Shown: positions 1 through 11,079, counted from the first letter of the stretch. The stretch is DNA of 50,568 nt from Planctomycetota bacterium (GCA_037129495.1 JBAXUW010000004.1:1-50568), one strand, 5' to 3'. Numbers and translations are program-made. Notes: generated from the sequence alone by a model not told the origin.

Positions 1-2
1 AG

Positions 3-76
<74 letters not shown>

Positions 77-236
77 ACATTTTTGTGAGTTACAGGCTCC
101 TAAACGGACGATTTCGAGAACAGACTGTCCGTTTCGGGATGTTTCTCCAACCGATCTCTCAGTGATAATACACCGGCAGGCTCAGGAAATGAAGCCCGGC
201 CCCAAATAAACCGACGTCGACGATATTTTTTCTCGC

Positions 237-1892
237 ATGAAACAGCAGGATTCGCAGCCTCCGTCGCCGAATTGGACCCAGGTCACTGCCGGTCCACCAA
301 CTTCCAAAGCCGTTGTCGGTGGCCTGCCGTGGGCAAACGAGCGGATCCCGCCGGCCCAATCGATCGAATCGGAACCATTTGCTGGCCTCCCGCTCGATGG
401 CCTCCCGCGGGCTCGAGACGCTGCCCGGCCTGACCTCAGGGTACCGCCAGATTCTTCAGTCGTAGCCTGGCTCGGCGAACAGCTTGCCAGATTGGTCCAC
501 GACAGCCCGGCCTTCTCGATCAGCCTCTCCGTCCATTGCCTCTTGCTCCTGCTGCTCGCCATCTGGGTCGTACGGGAACGGCCCATCAAAAAACTGCGGC
601 TCACGCTCGCGTTTGGCCCGGCTGCTGTCGTCGCGCGGGAAACCGGCATCGACGTCGGGCCACCCGCCAAGGAACCAGTCGTCGAGCCAGCGCAAAAGAC
701 CGAGATCGCGGAAACCGAACTGCGGCCGGTTGAGAAGCCGATGGCCGCACCGGCAGTCACTTTAGTTGCCGAGGTGGGGCGGGCTCCAATCGCTGCGCCA
801 CTGGTAGCGCCGGCGGTCGGCATGCTGCTTACAGGCCGCGATGCCGGTCGCAAGCGGGTGCTCCTCGGGGCGGCGGGTGGCAGCAGCGAGACTGAGGCGG
901 CGGTGGCGCTGGCGCTCAACTGGCTCAAGCGGCAGCAAAGCCCACGGGACGGCCTCTGGAGCCTGACCGGCGAATATACGGATGGTGGCTCACAGGAAAA
1001 CCGACTGGCGGCATCAGCCATGGCGCTGATGGCGTTTCAAGGCGCGGGCAACACGCTCTCCGCAGGGCCACACAGTGGCGTGGTGGCCCGCGGGTGGAAC
1101 GGCCTGCTCAAGACGCAGCAGAAAGATGGATCGTTTGACGTGGGCTCTCTGCCAGGGCAGCACAAGCTCTATTCCCATGCCCAGACGACGATGGCGCTCT
1201 GCGAAATCTATGGCATGACCCACGATCCGAAGCTGGCTGAGCCGGCCGCCCGAGCGATTGAGTATTGCGTCGCCGCGCAGGGCCCCAACGGCGGCTGGCG
1301 GTATGAGCCGGGCCAGCCCGGCGATATGTCGGTGACCGGTTGGTTCATGATGGCGGTGAAGACCGCCGAGATGGCTGATCTGGAAGTGCCCAGGCAGACG
1401 CTGGAAAACATCGGCCAGTTCCTCGAGAGCGTGGCCAACGAAAAGGGCACTCGCTACGGCTACTTAAAAAATAGCGCGCTCAAACCGGCCAGCCCCATGA
1501 CGGCGGCCGTGACGGCCGAAGGCCTTCTCTGCCGACAGTATCTCGGCTGGCCGCAACGCGATCCCAGGCTCGTGGAGGGGCTTGAACTGCTGATGGCCGA
1601 CAACCTGTTTGACTTCGAAAACAACAAGGATGTCTATGCGTGGTATTACATCACACAGGTGGCCCACCACATGGAGGGCGAGCCGTGGCAACGATGGAAC
1701 GATCGGCTTCGCGATGTGCTGCCTCGCGAGCAGGTGGCCAAGGGACGGGAAACGGGCAGCTGGGATCCGTCGCTCGACCACTGGGGCCACATTGGTGGTC
1801 GGCTATTCGTGACGTGCTTTTGTACCTACATGCTTGAGGTCTACTACCGCCACCTACCGCTCTACTCGGGGCTACCAGCGGCGGAGGAGTGA
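237..1892 (+). CDS. membrane-anchored prenyltransferase/squalene oxidase repeat protein
   Basis: Hydrophobic anchor (VHCLLLLLLAIW), Pro-rich linker, QW-like repeats (QQSPRDGLW, QQKDGSF, QGPNGGWRY, QVAKGRETGSW). Confidence 0.8.
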   Translation: MKQQDSQPPSPNWTQVTAGPPTSKAVVGGLPWANERIPPAQSIESEPFAGLPLDGLPRARDAARPDLRVPPDSSVVAWLGEQLARLVHDSPAFSISLSVHCLLLLLLAIWVVRERPIKKLRLTLAFGPAAVVARETGIDVGPPAKEPVVEPAQKTEIAETELRPVEKPMAAPAVTLVAEVGRAPIAAPLVAPAVGMLLTGRDAGRKRVLLGAAGGSSETEAAVALALNWLKRQQSPRDGLWSLTGEYTDGGSQENRLAASAMALMAFQGAGNTLSAGPHSGVVARGWNGLLKTQQKDGSFDVGSLPGQHKLYSHAQTTMALCEIYGMTHDPKLAEPAARAIEYCVAAQGPNGGWRYEPGQPGDMSVTGWFMMAVKTAEMADLEVPRQTLENIGQFLESVANEKGTRYGYLKNSALKPASPMTAAVTAEGLLCRQYLGWPQRDPRLVEGLELLMADNLFDFENNKDVYAWYYITQVAHHMEGEPWQRWNDRLRDVLPREQVAKGRETGSWDPSLDHWGHIGGRLFVTCFCTYMLEVYYRHLPLYSGLPAAEE

Positions 1893-1899
1893 GGCGGCG

Positions 1900-2379
1900 T
1901 CAGACCACTCCGCCCCATTGCCGGACCGCTTCGTAGGCGACGATCGCCGCGGAGTTGGAGAGGTTTAAACTCCGCACCTGCGGCCGAGAGGGAATCGTGA
2001 GCAGACGGTCGGCATGGGTGGCCTGAAGCTCCTTGGGAAGGCCGCTCGTCTCACTCCCAAAGACGAGCACGTCGCCGCGGCGGTAGCCGACATCCGTATA
2101 AAACCGTGTGGCCCGCGCGGAAAAAAGCCAGTTGGGCTGGCGGCCCACAGCGGCCAGGGCGGCCAGCAAGTGGTCCCAGGAATCGACCACCTCCCATTCG
2201 AGTTCCTCCCAATAGTCGAGGCCCGCACGACGGAGGTAGTAGTCGTCGAGTTTAAAGCCCAGCGGCCGCACAAGCCACATCTTCGCGCCAATGGCGACGC
2301 AGGTTCGCCCCACGTTGCCGGCATTGGGTGGAATCTGGGGCTCGTGGAGGACGATATGCAGGGCGGGATCGTAGCGCAT
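1900..2379 (-). CDS. trmL: tRNA (cytidine(34)-2'-O)-methyltransferase
   Basis: [49 protein letters not shown] motifs; start trimmed to ATG at 2379. Confidence 0.93.
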   Translation of the reverse strand: MRYDPALHIVLHEPQIPPNAGNVGRTCVAIGAKMWLVRPLGFKLDDYYLRRAGLDYWEELEWEVVDSWDHLLAALAAVGRQPNWLFSARATRFYTDVGYRRGDVLVFGSETSGLPKELQATHADRLLTIPSRPQVRSLNLSNSAAIVAYEAVRQWGGVV

Positions 2380-2459
2380 GGTGGCCCAGGAAGGGTTCGC
2401 CCGCAGGCGGGCGTCTGCTATTGTTGGAGCATGGAACGAGTCTCTCCGGAGTGCAAGAC

Positions 2460-3599
2460 GTGGTCGAGTTGAAGCGGAATCCAACGCGGGCAGTGCGGAT
2501 CGGAAGCATTACGATCGGGGCTGGTCACCCCATCGCGGCCCAGAGCATGACCGCGACCCACACGCAAAACATCGCCGCGACGCTCGAGCAGGCCAACGCC
2601 CTCCATGCAGCCGGCGCGGGCGTCGTGCGGATCGCCGTCGATAGTAAGTCAGACGCCGCGGCCCTGCCTGCCATCCGGGCCGGCACGCCGGCCAATCTTG
2701 CCATCGATCTCCAGGAAAACTACCGGCTGGCCGTCGATGTCGCCCCGCATGTCGACAAACTCCGCTACAACCCCGGCCACCTCTACCACCACGAGCCGAC
2801 GAAGCCGTGGCAGGAGAAGGTGAAGTTTATTGCAGACGTTGCCGCCAGGCACGACTGCGCTCTCCGCGTGGGCGTCAACTGCGGCAGTGTGGATCCTGCC
2901 AAGAAGGAAAAGTTTGCGGAAGACGACTCGCTCGGGCCGATGCTCGCAAGCGCGCTAGAACACTGCGAACTCCTCGACTCGATCGGTTTCACCCGCTACG
3001 CAGTTTCGCTGAAAGACTCCGATCCGAAGAAGGTGATCGAGGTCAATCGGCGGTTTGCCGAGGTTCGGCCCGACGTGCCGCTGCATCTCGGTGTGACCGA
3101 GGCGGGCATGCCGCCCGACGGCATCATCAAGACGCGGATCGCGTTTGAGCAGTTGATCAGCCGCGGCATCGGTGACACAGTCCGCGTGTCGCTGACCGTG
3201 CCGAATGTGGATAAGCCGCAGGAGATCGCCGCCGCCCAAGCCATCCTCACCGACATCGCGGCGGGCCGGGTACGGTCCGTTGTCGACTACGGCCTCTCGT
3301 CGCTCAACATCATCAGTTGCCCGAGCTGCTCGCGGGTCGAAAACGAGTCCTTCATCGAACTTGCCAAGCAGGTCAAGGAGATGACCTCCTATGCCAAAGA
3401 CCATGCGATCACAATCGCGGTGATGGGCTGCCGCGTGAATGGCCCTGGCGAGACCGACGATGCCGACCTCGGCCTCTGGTGTGGGCCGACCCATGTAAAC
3501 CTCAAGCGGCGGTCGGCGGAGCTGGGAGCCTTTTCCTACGACGCGATTCTGCCGAAGCTCCGCGAGGAGCTCGACAAGCTGATCGGTGGGCGGGCCTGA
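2460..3599 (+). CDS. ispG: 4-hydroxy-3-methylbut-2-en-1-yl diphosphate synthase
   Basis: [54 protein letters not shown]; start estimated. Confidence 0.95.
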   Translation: MVELKRNPTRAVRIGSITIGAGHPIAAQSMTATHTQNIAATLEQANALHAAGAGVVRIAVDSKSDAAALPAIRAGTPANLAIDLQENYRLAVDVAPHVDKLRYNPGHLYHHEPTKPWQEKVKFIADVAARHDCALRVGVNCGSVDPAKKEKFAEDDSLGPMLASALEHCELLDSIGFTRYAVSLKDSDPKKVIEVNRRFAEVRPDVPLHLGVTEAGMPPDGIIKTRIAFEQLISRGIGDTVRVSLTVPNVDKPQEIAAAQAILTDIAAGRVRSVVDYGLSSLNIISCPSCSRVENESFIELAKQVKEMTSYAKDHAITIAVMGCRVNGPGETDDADLGLWCGPTHVNLKRRSAELGAFSYDAILPKLREELDKLIGGRA

Positions 3600-3600
3600 C

Positions 3601-5076
3601 ATGCCACACGCTGGATCCCTATCCCTGCCGATCGTCACCGAAGCAGCCGCGGGCGACGCCTGCGGAAGCGGACCGTCTCTGCTTGTCGCACCGCAGCCGG
3701 TCGACCCCGCTACCTGCCGCGGCACGTTTGCGATGGTCAGCCTTGGCTGCCCTAAAAACCTTGTCGACAGTGAGCGGATGCTCGGCCTCCTGCGGCAGGA
3801 TGGCTGGCAGCTCGTGGGCGAGCCGCGGGGCTCCGACATCGTCGTCATCAATACCTGCGCTTTCATCGAAGCCTCGCGGCAGGAGTCGTATGCGGCGATC
3901 CACGAGATGCTTGAACTGAAGCGGACCGGCGGCACGCGGGGCGTGATCGTCTCGGGATGCCTCGCCGAGCGGCAGAAGGAAAAACTGCTCGATGAACTGC
4001 CAGAAGTGGATGCCGTGATCGGCGTGTTCTCACGGGATGAGATCAGTCGGGCGGCCGAACGGCTGATCGGTGGCCTCAGCGATCAGCGGAGCATCTTTCG
4101 GCCCGCGCCCGCCCGCGCTCTCGACGACTCCGGCCGGATGCGGGTCACGCCGCGGCACATGGCCTACCTCAAAATCTCCGAGGGTTGCGACCGGACATGC
4201 ACGTTTTGCGCGATCCCAAAGATGCGGGGCAAGCATGCCACCAAGCCGATCGAGGAGGTGATTCGCGAGGCGAAGGAACTGGCGGCTGACGGTGTGAAGG
4301 AGTTGGTCATCGTCGCTCAAGACACGACCTACTACGGGATGGATCTCTACGGCGAGCCCCGACTCGTGGAGCTGCTCGACGAACTCGAGAAGGTCGACGG
4401 CATCGTGTGGATCCGACTGATGTATCTCTACCCGATCCACTTCAGCGACCGACTGATCGACAAGATCGCCGGGAGCCCAAAAATTATTCCCTACCTCGAC
4501 ATGCCGTTGCAGCATGCCAGCGACCCGGTGCTCAAACGGATGCAGCGGCGCGTGGCACGGGGGCCGACGGAGGAGCTGCTCCAGAAGCTTCGCAGCCGGA
4601 TTCCTGGCCTCGTGCTGCGGACGACGTTTATCACCGGCTTCCCAGGCGAGACCCGTGAACAGTTCGAGGAACTGGTCGATTTTGTCAAGCGTTGGAAGTT
4701 TGAGCGAGTGGGCGTCTTCACCTATTCACTCGAGCCCGACACGCCGGCGGCCCGCCTCGACGGCCACCTGCCCGAGGAGGAGAAGGAGGCCAGGCGCGGC
4801 GAGCTTATGCAAGCGCAGCAACAGATTGCCCATGCCCACACGCGGCGGCAGGTGGGCCGCACGCTCGACGTGATCATCGACCGACAGAGCGGAGAACGGG
4901 AAGATGTCTGGGTCGGCCGCACGCAGGCCGACGCCCCGGACATCGACTGTGTGGTCTACGTCACCGCGCCGGGAACTTCAGCGACGCGGCCGCTGACGGG
5001 CAAAATCATGAAAGTAGAGATCGTGGCCTCAAGTGGCTACGACCTCGCGGGCGTGCCGGTTGAAGAAAAAACATGA
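3601..5076 (+). CDS. rimO: ribosomal protein S12 methylthiotransferase
   Basis: SLGCPKNLVDSE, NTCAFIE, YLKISEGCDRTCTFCAIP radical SAM motif, C-terminal TRAM (DAPDID). Confidence 0.93.
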   Translation: MPHAGSLSLPIVTEAAAGDACGSGPSLLVAPQPVDPATCRGTFAMVSLGCPKNLVDSERMLGLLRQDGWQLVGEPRGSDIVVINTCAFIEASRQESYAAIHEMLELKRTGGTRGVIVSGCLAERQKEKLLDELPEVDAVIGVFSRDEISRAAERLIGGLSDQRSIFRPAPARALDDSGRMRVTPRHMAYLKISEGCDRTCTFCAIPKMRGKHATKPIEEVIREAKELAADGVKELVIVAQDTTYYGMDLYGEPRLVELLDELEKVDGIVWIRLMYLYPIHFSDRLIDKIAGSPKIIPYLDMPLQHASDPVLKRMQRRVARGPTEELLQKLRSRIPGLVLRTTFITGFPGETREQFEELVDFVKRWKFERVGVFTYSLEPDTPAARLDGHLPEEEKEARRGELMQAQQQIAHAHTRRQVGRTLDVIIDRQSGEREDVWVGRTQADAPDIDCVVYVTAPGTSATRPLTGKIMKVEIVASSGYDLAGVPVEEKT

Positions 5077-5092
5077 ACATCCTGTTTTGCTC

Positions 5093-5692
5093 ATGACCAA
5101 CCCCTCGTCGATCGACCGTGTCTGGACTGTGCCCAACATGATCTCGGCGGCCCGGTTTGGCCTCGCAATTTCACTGTTTGTGCTGATCGAGCAGGAGTGG
5201 CAGGCCGCTGCTACGGCTGTGTTTCTCGTCGCCGCCTCGACCGATTGGGTGGACGGCTGGTGGGCGCGACGGTTTGGACAGATGAGCCGGCTCGGCCGGA
5301 TCTTTGATCCCCTGGTCGACAAGGTGCTCGTCTGCGGGGCATTTATTCTGCTGGCTGCTCGCGATGGACAGTCGGCAATCCTGCCGTGGATGGCGGTGGT
5401 GGTCGTGGTCCGCGAGCTGATGGTGACTGCCATTCGGGCGGAGATAGAACGCACAGGGCAGGACTTCTCCGCGGCATTTTCCGGCAAGCTGAAGATGGTT
5501 TTGCAGTGCGCGGCAATCGGTCTGGAATTATTTTCCCGCGCGGCCCCTGATCAGTCGATCGGTGGCGTCGGCATGCGGACGCTCGCTCTGGTGGCGGCCT
5601 GGGCCGCGGTTGCGGCCACGCTCTGGTCGGGCCTGGAATATCTGGTGGCGGCCCGCGGGCTGCTCCGGGGGAAGTCGGGCAATGGAGATTGA
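5093..5692 (+). CDS. pgsA: CDP-diacylglycerol--glycerol-3-phosphate 3-phosphatidyltransferase
   Basis: TVPNMIS, TDWVDGWWARRFGQMSRLGRIFDPLVDK CDP-alcohol motif; follows rimO. Confidence 0.9.
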   Translation: MTNPSSIDRVWTVPNMISAARFGLAISLFVLIEQEWQAAATAVFLVAASTDWVDGWWARRFGQMSRLGRIFDPLVDKVLVCGAFILLAARDGQSAILPWMAVVVVVRELMVTAIRAEIERTGQDFSAAFSGKLKMVLQCAAIGLELFSRAAPDQSIGGVGMRTLALVAAWAAVAATLWSGLEYLVAARGLLRGKSGNGD

Positions 5693-6551
5693 GATTCCTG
5701 ATCTTGCTCCGCCAGCAGCGGCCGGCGAACTGGCGGCTGCCTGGGCGCTGGCTGCCTGCGGGTTTGCGGCCAGTCTGGCCGTGCTCTGGCTGATCGCGCG
5801 ACGAAGGAGCCGTGGGCTGCCCGCAGTGACCGAGCGGCCGCATGCGGCGGTGCCGTGGAATGGCGCCGAAGTCATGGCTGTCGTGCTTTCGTTCCTCGGC
5901 TTTCAGGTGCTGGCCGGTAGTAGCCTACCGGTGGATGCATCGATGCAAGCGAAGCTGGCGGCCGGTAGCGGTGCCATGCTGGCCGCCACCGGCGTCTCGA
6001 TGCTGCAGCTCCTGCTGCGGGGGGCATCGTGGGCGTCGCTGGGATGTGGCCTCGGTCGACTGCGTGAAGACACGAGCCTGGCGGTGGCAGGGCTGCTTCT
6101 GCTCCTTGCGCCGCTGCTGGGCCTCGCGGCCGTGCTCGATTGGATCGTGCCCTACCACCACGATATCGTCGATTTTCTTGTGCAACATCGCGATCCGATC
6201 TCGATTGGCCTGGTCGCCTTCTCGGCCGTAGTGGCCGCGCCGATCGCTGAGGAATTTCTATTTCGGCGGGTGCTTCAGGGCTGGCTCGAGGGCCGTCTCG
6301 ATGCCAAAACAACGGGGGAGCCGCCAGGCTGGGGCGAGACCGGGCCGATCCTGCTTTCATCCTTGGCATTTGCGGTGGCCCACGTGGGGCAGGGGCTGGC
6401 CTGGGTGCCGCTCTTCTTTTTCGGTCTCGTCGTCGGCTACCTCGCCCGGCAGACCGGCTCGATTCTGCCTGGAATCATCCTCCACGGGCTGTTTAATGCC
6501 GTGAGTGTGGTCCTGGTTCTCCTCCAGCTTGGCCCTGATGGGGTGGGGTAA
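5682..6551 (+). CDS. CPBP (Abi/CAAX) intramembrane glutamic endopeptidase
   Basis: APIAEEFLFR, FAVAH and HGLFN motifs; multiple TM segments. Confidence 0.88.
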   Translation: MEIEIPDLAPPAAAGELAAAWALAACGFAASLAVLWLIARRRSRGLPAVTERPHAAVPWNGAEVMAVVLSFLGFQVLAGSSLPVDASMQAKLAAGSGAMLAATGVSMLQLLLRGASWASLGCGLGRLREDTSLAVAGLLLLLAPLLGLAAVLDWIVPYHHDIVDFLVQHRDPISIGLVAFSAVVAAPIAEEFLFRRVLQGWLEGRLDAKTTGEPPGWGETGPILLSSLAFAVAHVGQGLAWVPLFFFGLVVGYLARQTGSILPGIILHGLFNAVSVVLVLLQLGPDGVG

Positions 6552-6727
6552 AGGGGAAAGTCTGCCAAAAACGTAGCCCAAAAGGTCTACCCAGAGTGAC
6601 GGCCGGTGATTCCGGACAGGGCCAGGAACCGATCTGGTTCAACAGCCCAAGGTTGGCAAGAATGAGAGTGCGAGTGGATGGATTCGCTTTGCGCCGCCAC
6701 CAGGGCCCGAGTCAGGGACGAGAGTTG

Positions 6728-7660
6728 ATGCCGCGTTTATCTCTCAAGCCGATCAGCGATGTTCTCACCTACGTGGCCGTCCGCGTGGCTATCTGCGTGG
6801 TGCAGTCGCTGCCGCGGAGCACCTGCGAGCGGACTGCGCGGGCGTTGTCTGATCTGCTTGCCAACCGGCTGAAGATTCGCCGCAGTGTGGTCCGCGACAA
6901 TCTCGCGCAGGCCTTTCCCGAGTGGACAGTAGAAGAGAGCCGTGAGGCGGCCCGCGGCATGTGGGAACACCTCCTCCTGATGGTGATTGAGATCGCCCAT
7001 TCCGACAGGGTGATCCGCAAGACCACCTGGCGGAAACATATGCGGATCCATGGCATTGAGGAGATGGTGCGAGAACTCTGGACCGACCGGCCGAAGGTGA
7101 TCCTCTCCGGCCACTATGGCAATTTCGAGATGTCGGCCTTTATTTTCGGGCTCTTCGGCTTTCGCATCTATTCGGTGGCACGCGAGCTCGACAATCCATA
7201 TCTCGACCGGTTCGTGACCAGGTTTCGCGAGGCCCGCGGCCAGATCATCCTCCCCAAGAAGGGGAGCGCGCCCGACGTGGCAGTGGTGCTTGAAAAAAAT
7301 GGCGTCATCGGCCTGCTCGGCGATCAGGCGGCGGGGCCGAAGGGCTGCTGGGTCGAGTTCTTTGGCCGGCCGGCCAGCGTTCACAAGGCGATCGGCGTGT
7401 TTGCGCTCTCCTCGGCGGCCCCGATGCTCGTCTTGTCGGCCACGCGGCGACGGCGGCTCTTCGACTACGACCTGCGGCTGGAGGGCATCGCCGATCCGGC
7501 GCAGGGGGGGCGAGAATGCGCTGATCTCAAAGCAATTTCCCAGTGGTATACGGCGCTCCTTGAGCGGGCGATCCGCCGCGACCCCACGCAATATTGGTGG
7601 GTCCACAGGCGATGGCGGGGATCGCCGCCAAAGGCTAAAGTGAAGCGGGCAGCCGCCTGA
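6728..7660 (+). CDS. lipid A lauroyl/lysophospholipid acyltransferase (LpxL/HtrB family)
   Basis: SGHYGNFE, LLGDQ, VEFFG, PTQYWWVHRRW. Confidence 0.88.
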   Translation: MPRLSLKPISDVLTYVAVRVAICVVQSLPRSTCERTARALSDLLANRLKIRRSVVRDNLAQAFPEWTVEESREAARGMWEHLLLMVIEIAHSDRVIRKTTWRKHMRIHGIEEMVRELWTDRPKVILSGHYGNFEMSAFIFGLFGFRIYSVARELDNPYLDRFVTRFREARGQIILPKKGSAPDVAVVLEKNGVIGLLGDQAAGPKGCWVEFFGRPASVHKAIGVFALSSAAPMLVLSATRRRRLFDYDLRLEGIADPAQGGRECADLKAISQWYTALLERAIRRDPTQYWWVHRRWRGSPPKAKVKRAAA

Positions 7661-7743
7661 TGCAGAGACGCTTTGTGCGTCCTGATCCCAAGCCTCGGCC
7701 GTCCGCCCGCCTCTTCTATCGGTCTGACCTCTTGGCCTTGGAC

Positions 7744-8085
7744 ATGAACGACTGGATCGCCATCGCCGATGTTTCCGAGTGCCCTTCTGGCATGAGCATT
7801 GAGCGACTGGCTGGCGGCCGTATGGTGGCCATTGCGAATGTCGAGGGGACGTTCCATGCGATCGACGGGCTCTGCCCGCATCAGGGCGGTCCGCTGGGCA
7901 CGGGGCCGCTCTGCGGCACGGTGCTGACCTGTCCTTGGCATGGCTGGCAGTTCGACGTGACCACCGGCCGGCACCGGCTCAGTGCTACGGTGCGGCAGCA
8001 CGTCTATGAGGTCAGGGTCGAGCATGGCCGGGTCCTTCTCAGACTCGCCGACAACCCATCCCCGAGAGTGGAGTCGCAGGCGTGA
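7744..8085 (+). CDS. Rieske [2Fe-2S] ferredoxin
   Basis: CPHQGGPL...CPWHGWQFD. Confidence 0.92.
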   Translation: MNDWIAIADVSECPSGMSIERLAGGRMVAIANVEGTFHAIDGLCPHQGGPLGTGPLCGTVLTCPWHGWQFDVTTGRHRLSATVRQHVYEVRVEHGRVLLRLADNPSPRVESQA

Positions 8086-9050
8086 TCGAGTTTCGCTGCT
8101 TTCGCAACGACGATCCGCCGCGGCTGGCCGACGCCTGGAGGTCGGCCGACCTGGGACCGTCGGCGATGCAGCCGATGACATCTGCCCTGCTTGAGGCAGC
8201 CGTGTTTTCGAAGCCCTATTTCGATAGAGAAGGCCTCATCGTCGCGGTCGAAGACGATCGTACAATCGGCTTCGCCCATGCCGCATTTGGACCCAATGCC
8301 GATCAGTCGGGGATCGACTGGAGTCTGGGTACGACTCTGCTGGCGGTGATCGTGCCGCATGCGGAACACGAAAGAATCGGCGCCGGCCTACTGGCCCGCT
8401 GTGAGGATTACCTGCGGGGCCGCGGGGCGACGACGCTCTTGGGCGGCGGATCGGCCGAGATGCGGAGCTTCTACATGGGGCTCTACGGCGGGGCCGATCT
8501 GCCGGGGATTCTCGATTCGTCGCCGGCGATGCAGCAGGTCTTTCGCAGTGCGGGATATGTCGAGGCGGCCCGCGTCGCCGTGCTGCGGCGGTCGCTCTCC
8601 GGTTTTCGACCGCCGGTCAACCGGCTGCAGCTAGCGATCCGGCGGAAGACAACGCTCCGGGCGATCGACGAGCCGTCGCGGCGCACTTGGTGGGAGGCCG
8701 CCACCACAACAGGCATGGCACTGCGACGCTATGAATTGCATGGGTCCGGCGATGACCTCCTCGGCGCCGCGTTGTTCTGGGACATGCAGCCGCTGGCCGC
8801 GGCTTGGGGGGTATCGGCCGCGGGGCTGATGCATATCGGCATCGAGGGGGGGCGGCGGCGGCAGGGGCTAGCGCACTACCTCGTCGCAGAGGCGTTGCAC
8901 GACCTGGCGGAGGAGGGGGTTTCACTTGCGGAGACACATGTCTCGGAGTCGAACGAGCCAGCGCTGCAGCTCTTCCAAAAGTTAGGGTTTGTCGCGGCCG
9001 AACATGGCACGCGCTTTCGGAAGGATGTGATGCGTGGAGGCGAGTTTTGA
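8082..9050 (+). CDS. tandem GNAT N-acetyltransferase
   Basis: RRRQGLA and NEPALQLFQKLGF motifs plus an N-terminal GNAT-like half; GTGA overlap with the Rieske gene. Confidence 0.8.
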   Translation: MIEFRCFRNDDPPRLADAWRSADLGPSAMQPMTSALLEAAVFSKPYFDREGLIVAVEDDRTIGFAHAAFGPNADQSGIDWSLGTTLLAVIVPHAEHERIGAGLLARCEDYLRGRGATTLLGGGSAEMRSFYMGLYGGADLPGILDSSPAMQQVFRSAGYVEAARVAVLRRSLSGFRPPVNRLQLAIRRKTTLRAIDEPSRRTWWEAATTTGMALRRYELHGSGDDLLGAALFWDMQPLAAAWGVSAAGLMHIGIEGGRRRQGLAHYLVAEALHDLAEEGVSLAETHVSESNEPALQLFQKLGFVAAEHGTRFRKDVMRGGEF

Positions 9051-9089
9051 AAACTTGCTGAAGAGCATAAGTTGGAAAACTTATCCCAC
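9034..9089. repeat. REP-like paired repeat (B + inverted A)
   Basis: GTGGAGGCGAGTTTTGAAAACTTGCTG followed by ATAAGTTGGAAAACTTATCCCAC. Confidence 0.7.
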
Positions 9090-9158
9090 AAGTGACAGGA
9101 TGACTCTGCTGACTTGAGCAGGGTCCGCTTTCGCCTCCCGTAAAAGTCGCCCCGCTTC

Positions 9159-10220
9159 ATGATGTTTCATCACCAGATCAGACTGCCACCGTTTCAGCCG
9201 CACCCCTGCCTGCGGGATGGGCATCTCCAGACGCTGGCCACTGCGGTCTGGCCACAGCAGGATGTCGAGCATCAGGCGGTGCCCCGGGAGGTTGACCTGG
9301 GCGACGGCGACGCGGTCGTCGTCCATGACGACTTGCCGCCCGGGTGGACCGTGGAAGACCCGGTGGCGATCCTCTCGCATGGTCTCTGTGAAAGCCACCG
9401 TGGTCCGCTGATCTCCCGGCTCGCCGCCCGGCTGGTGGCCCGGGGTGTGCGGGTTTTCCGCTGGGACATGCGGGGCTGCGGCGCTGGAATGGCGTTGGCC
9501 CGGCGGCCCTACCATGCAGGTTGCTCCGACGACCTGCAACGCGTCGTTGAAGCGGTGGTGGACTGGTGTGGTGTGGATGCTCGGGGCAGGCCGTCACCGA
9601 TCGCTCTGTTTGGCGTGTCGCTCTCGGGCAACGTATTGCTCAAATACCTGGGTGAGAATGGTGGCGACCAGCCCGAGCGGATTCCCGCGGCGGTGCGGCT
9701 GGCGATTGCAGTCAATCCACCGATCGACCTTTTAATGGGTGTCGAGAGTCTGGCCTCAGGCGGCATCCGTCGGGTGTACGACCGGTATTTTGTCCGCCGC
9801 CTCCTGCGGCACCTCGACGCCTGGCGACGTGTGCGGCCCGATGCGCCGCCACTACGGCCGGGGCCGCGGCCGCGGTCGCTGTGGGAATTTGACGACCGGT
9901 TTACCGCCCCGGCCCTGGGCTTTCCCGATGCCGAAGCCTACTACCGCGCGAGTAGCGCTTGCCCAGTGATCGGCGACATCCGAGTGCCCACTGTGATCAT
10001 CACGTCGCAGGATGATCCGCTTGTGCCCGCTGCCATGTTCGCCGCTGATTGTGTGAAGCTGCCGGAGGCAGTGCGGCTCGTGATGACTCGCCACGGTGGC
10101 CACGTTGGTTATATCGGTCGGCGTGGCACCGATCCCGATAGACGTTGGCTCGACTGGCGGGTGGTCGATCTTGTGACAGCGATCCGGCCCTCGCGGCAGC
10201 CTAGCGATCCTGCGGCGTAA
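9159..10220 (+). CDS. YheT-family alpha/beta hydrolase
   Basis: GHLQT, HGLCES, RGCG, YHAG, GVSLSG nucleophile elbow, DDPLV, GGHVG. Confidence 0.88.
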   Translation: MMFHHQIRLPPFQPHPCLRDGHLQTLATAVWPQQDVEHQAVPREVDLGDGDAVVVHDDLPPGWTVEDPVAILSHGLCESHRGPLISRLAARLVARGVRVFRWDMRGCGAGMALARRPYHAGCSDDLQRVVEAVVDWCGVDARGRPSPIALFGVSLSGNVLLKYLGENGGDQPERIPAAVRLAIAVNPPIDLLMGVESLASGGIRRVYDRYFVRRLLRHLDAWRRVRPDAPPLRPGPRPRSLWEFDDRFTAPALGFPDAEAYYRASSACPVIGDIRVPTVIITSQDDPLVPAAMFAADCVKLPEAVRLVMTRHGGHVGYIGRRGTDPDRRWLDWRVVDLVTAIRPSRQPSDPAA

Positions 10221-11079
10221 GCGATTCAAGATGCGACCGCAGGGTGGCGGTCAGGTCGGTGGCCGAGCCTTCGGCATACCGCAGCCGCGCGGAGAGGGGC
10301 GCCGTCTGGCCGTCGCGGCGGAGGTCGGCAAGATAATCCTGGAGCACGCGACGCCGCTCTTTTGTCGTGTTGAGGAGCCAGTGCGTCCAGCACCACGCCT
10401 CGGCATAGTGGTCTTGCGAGAGTTCTCCGGCAGATGCCAGCGCCTCCATCCGGTCGAGGTCGGGCCGCCACGTGCCTTCGAGCAATCGACCGGCGAGCTG
10501 CGCTACGTGCGCTGCGTGGATGCCCTGTTCGCTCCGTGGCAGTTCGAAAAACTCTGCCACTCCTTCGTCGAGCCAGAGCGGGATCGCAGGCACCACCGCA
10601 TGCACGTAGCCGTGCGTTGTCTCATGCCGGAGGTCTTCGGCAATCCGATCCTGCCAGACGGCGAAGACGGAAAGCGTGGTATCGGTTTCGACAAAAAAGG
10701 CCCGTCGCGCGGGAAAGCCGGGAAACTGGCGGGCTGCAAAGGCGTCGTAGCGGTCCTTACTTTCGAAGAGATAGAGGTGGACCGGCTCATCGGAGATCGG
10801 CAGGCCGAGCTGCTGGCTCACGTCTGACCGGAGGCTTTCGAGTTCGCGAACAATGCGGTGTTGTTCTGCCAGCGGGAAGTCGGCGTGGATGACCAGCTGG
10901 CCGGCGATAATTTCCGACCGTGAGGGCAGGCCCTTTCCAGCAACCGCATTCCAGTCTGGTCGAGCCGCCAGATGGGCGCAGCCGACCACCGCAGACAGCG
11001 CCGTTACGCTCGCAATCGCCAGATAAAAGAGGCGTGGTTTCAAGCCGCGGAGGGTAGCGAGCTGCTCCCCCCCGGCCAA
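10201..11079 (-). CDS. DUF1570-like zincin metallopeptidase, probable lipoprotein
   Basis: HETTH...PLWLDEGVAEFFE gluzincin-type motif; AVVGC lipobox-like segment. Confidence 0.75.
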   Translation of the reverse strand: MAGGEQLATLRGLKPRLFYLAIASVTALSAVVGCAHLAARPDWNAVAGKGLPSRSEIIAGQLVIHADFPLAEQHRIVRELESLRSDVSQQLGLPISDEPVHLYLFESKDRYDAFAARQFPGFPARRAFFVETDTTLSVFAVWQDRIAEDLRHETTHGYVHAVVPAIPLWLDEGVAEFFELPRSEQGIHAAHVAQLAGRLLEGTWRPDLDRMEALASAGELSQDHYAEAWCWTHWLLNTTKERRRVLQDYLADLRRDGQTAPLSARLRYAEGSATDLTATLRSHLESLTPQDR

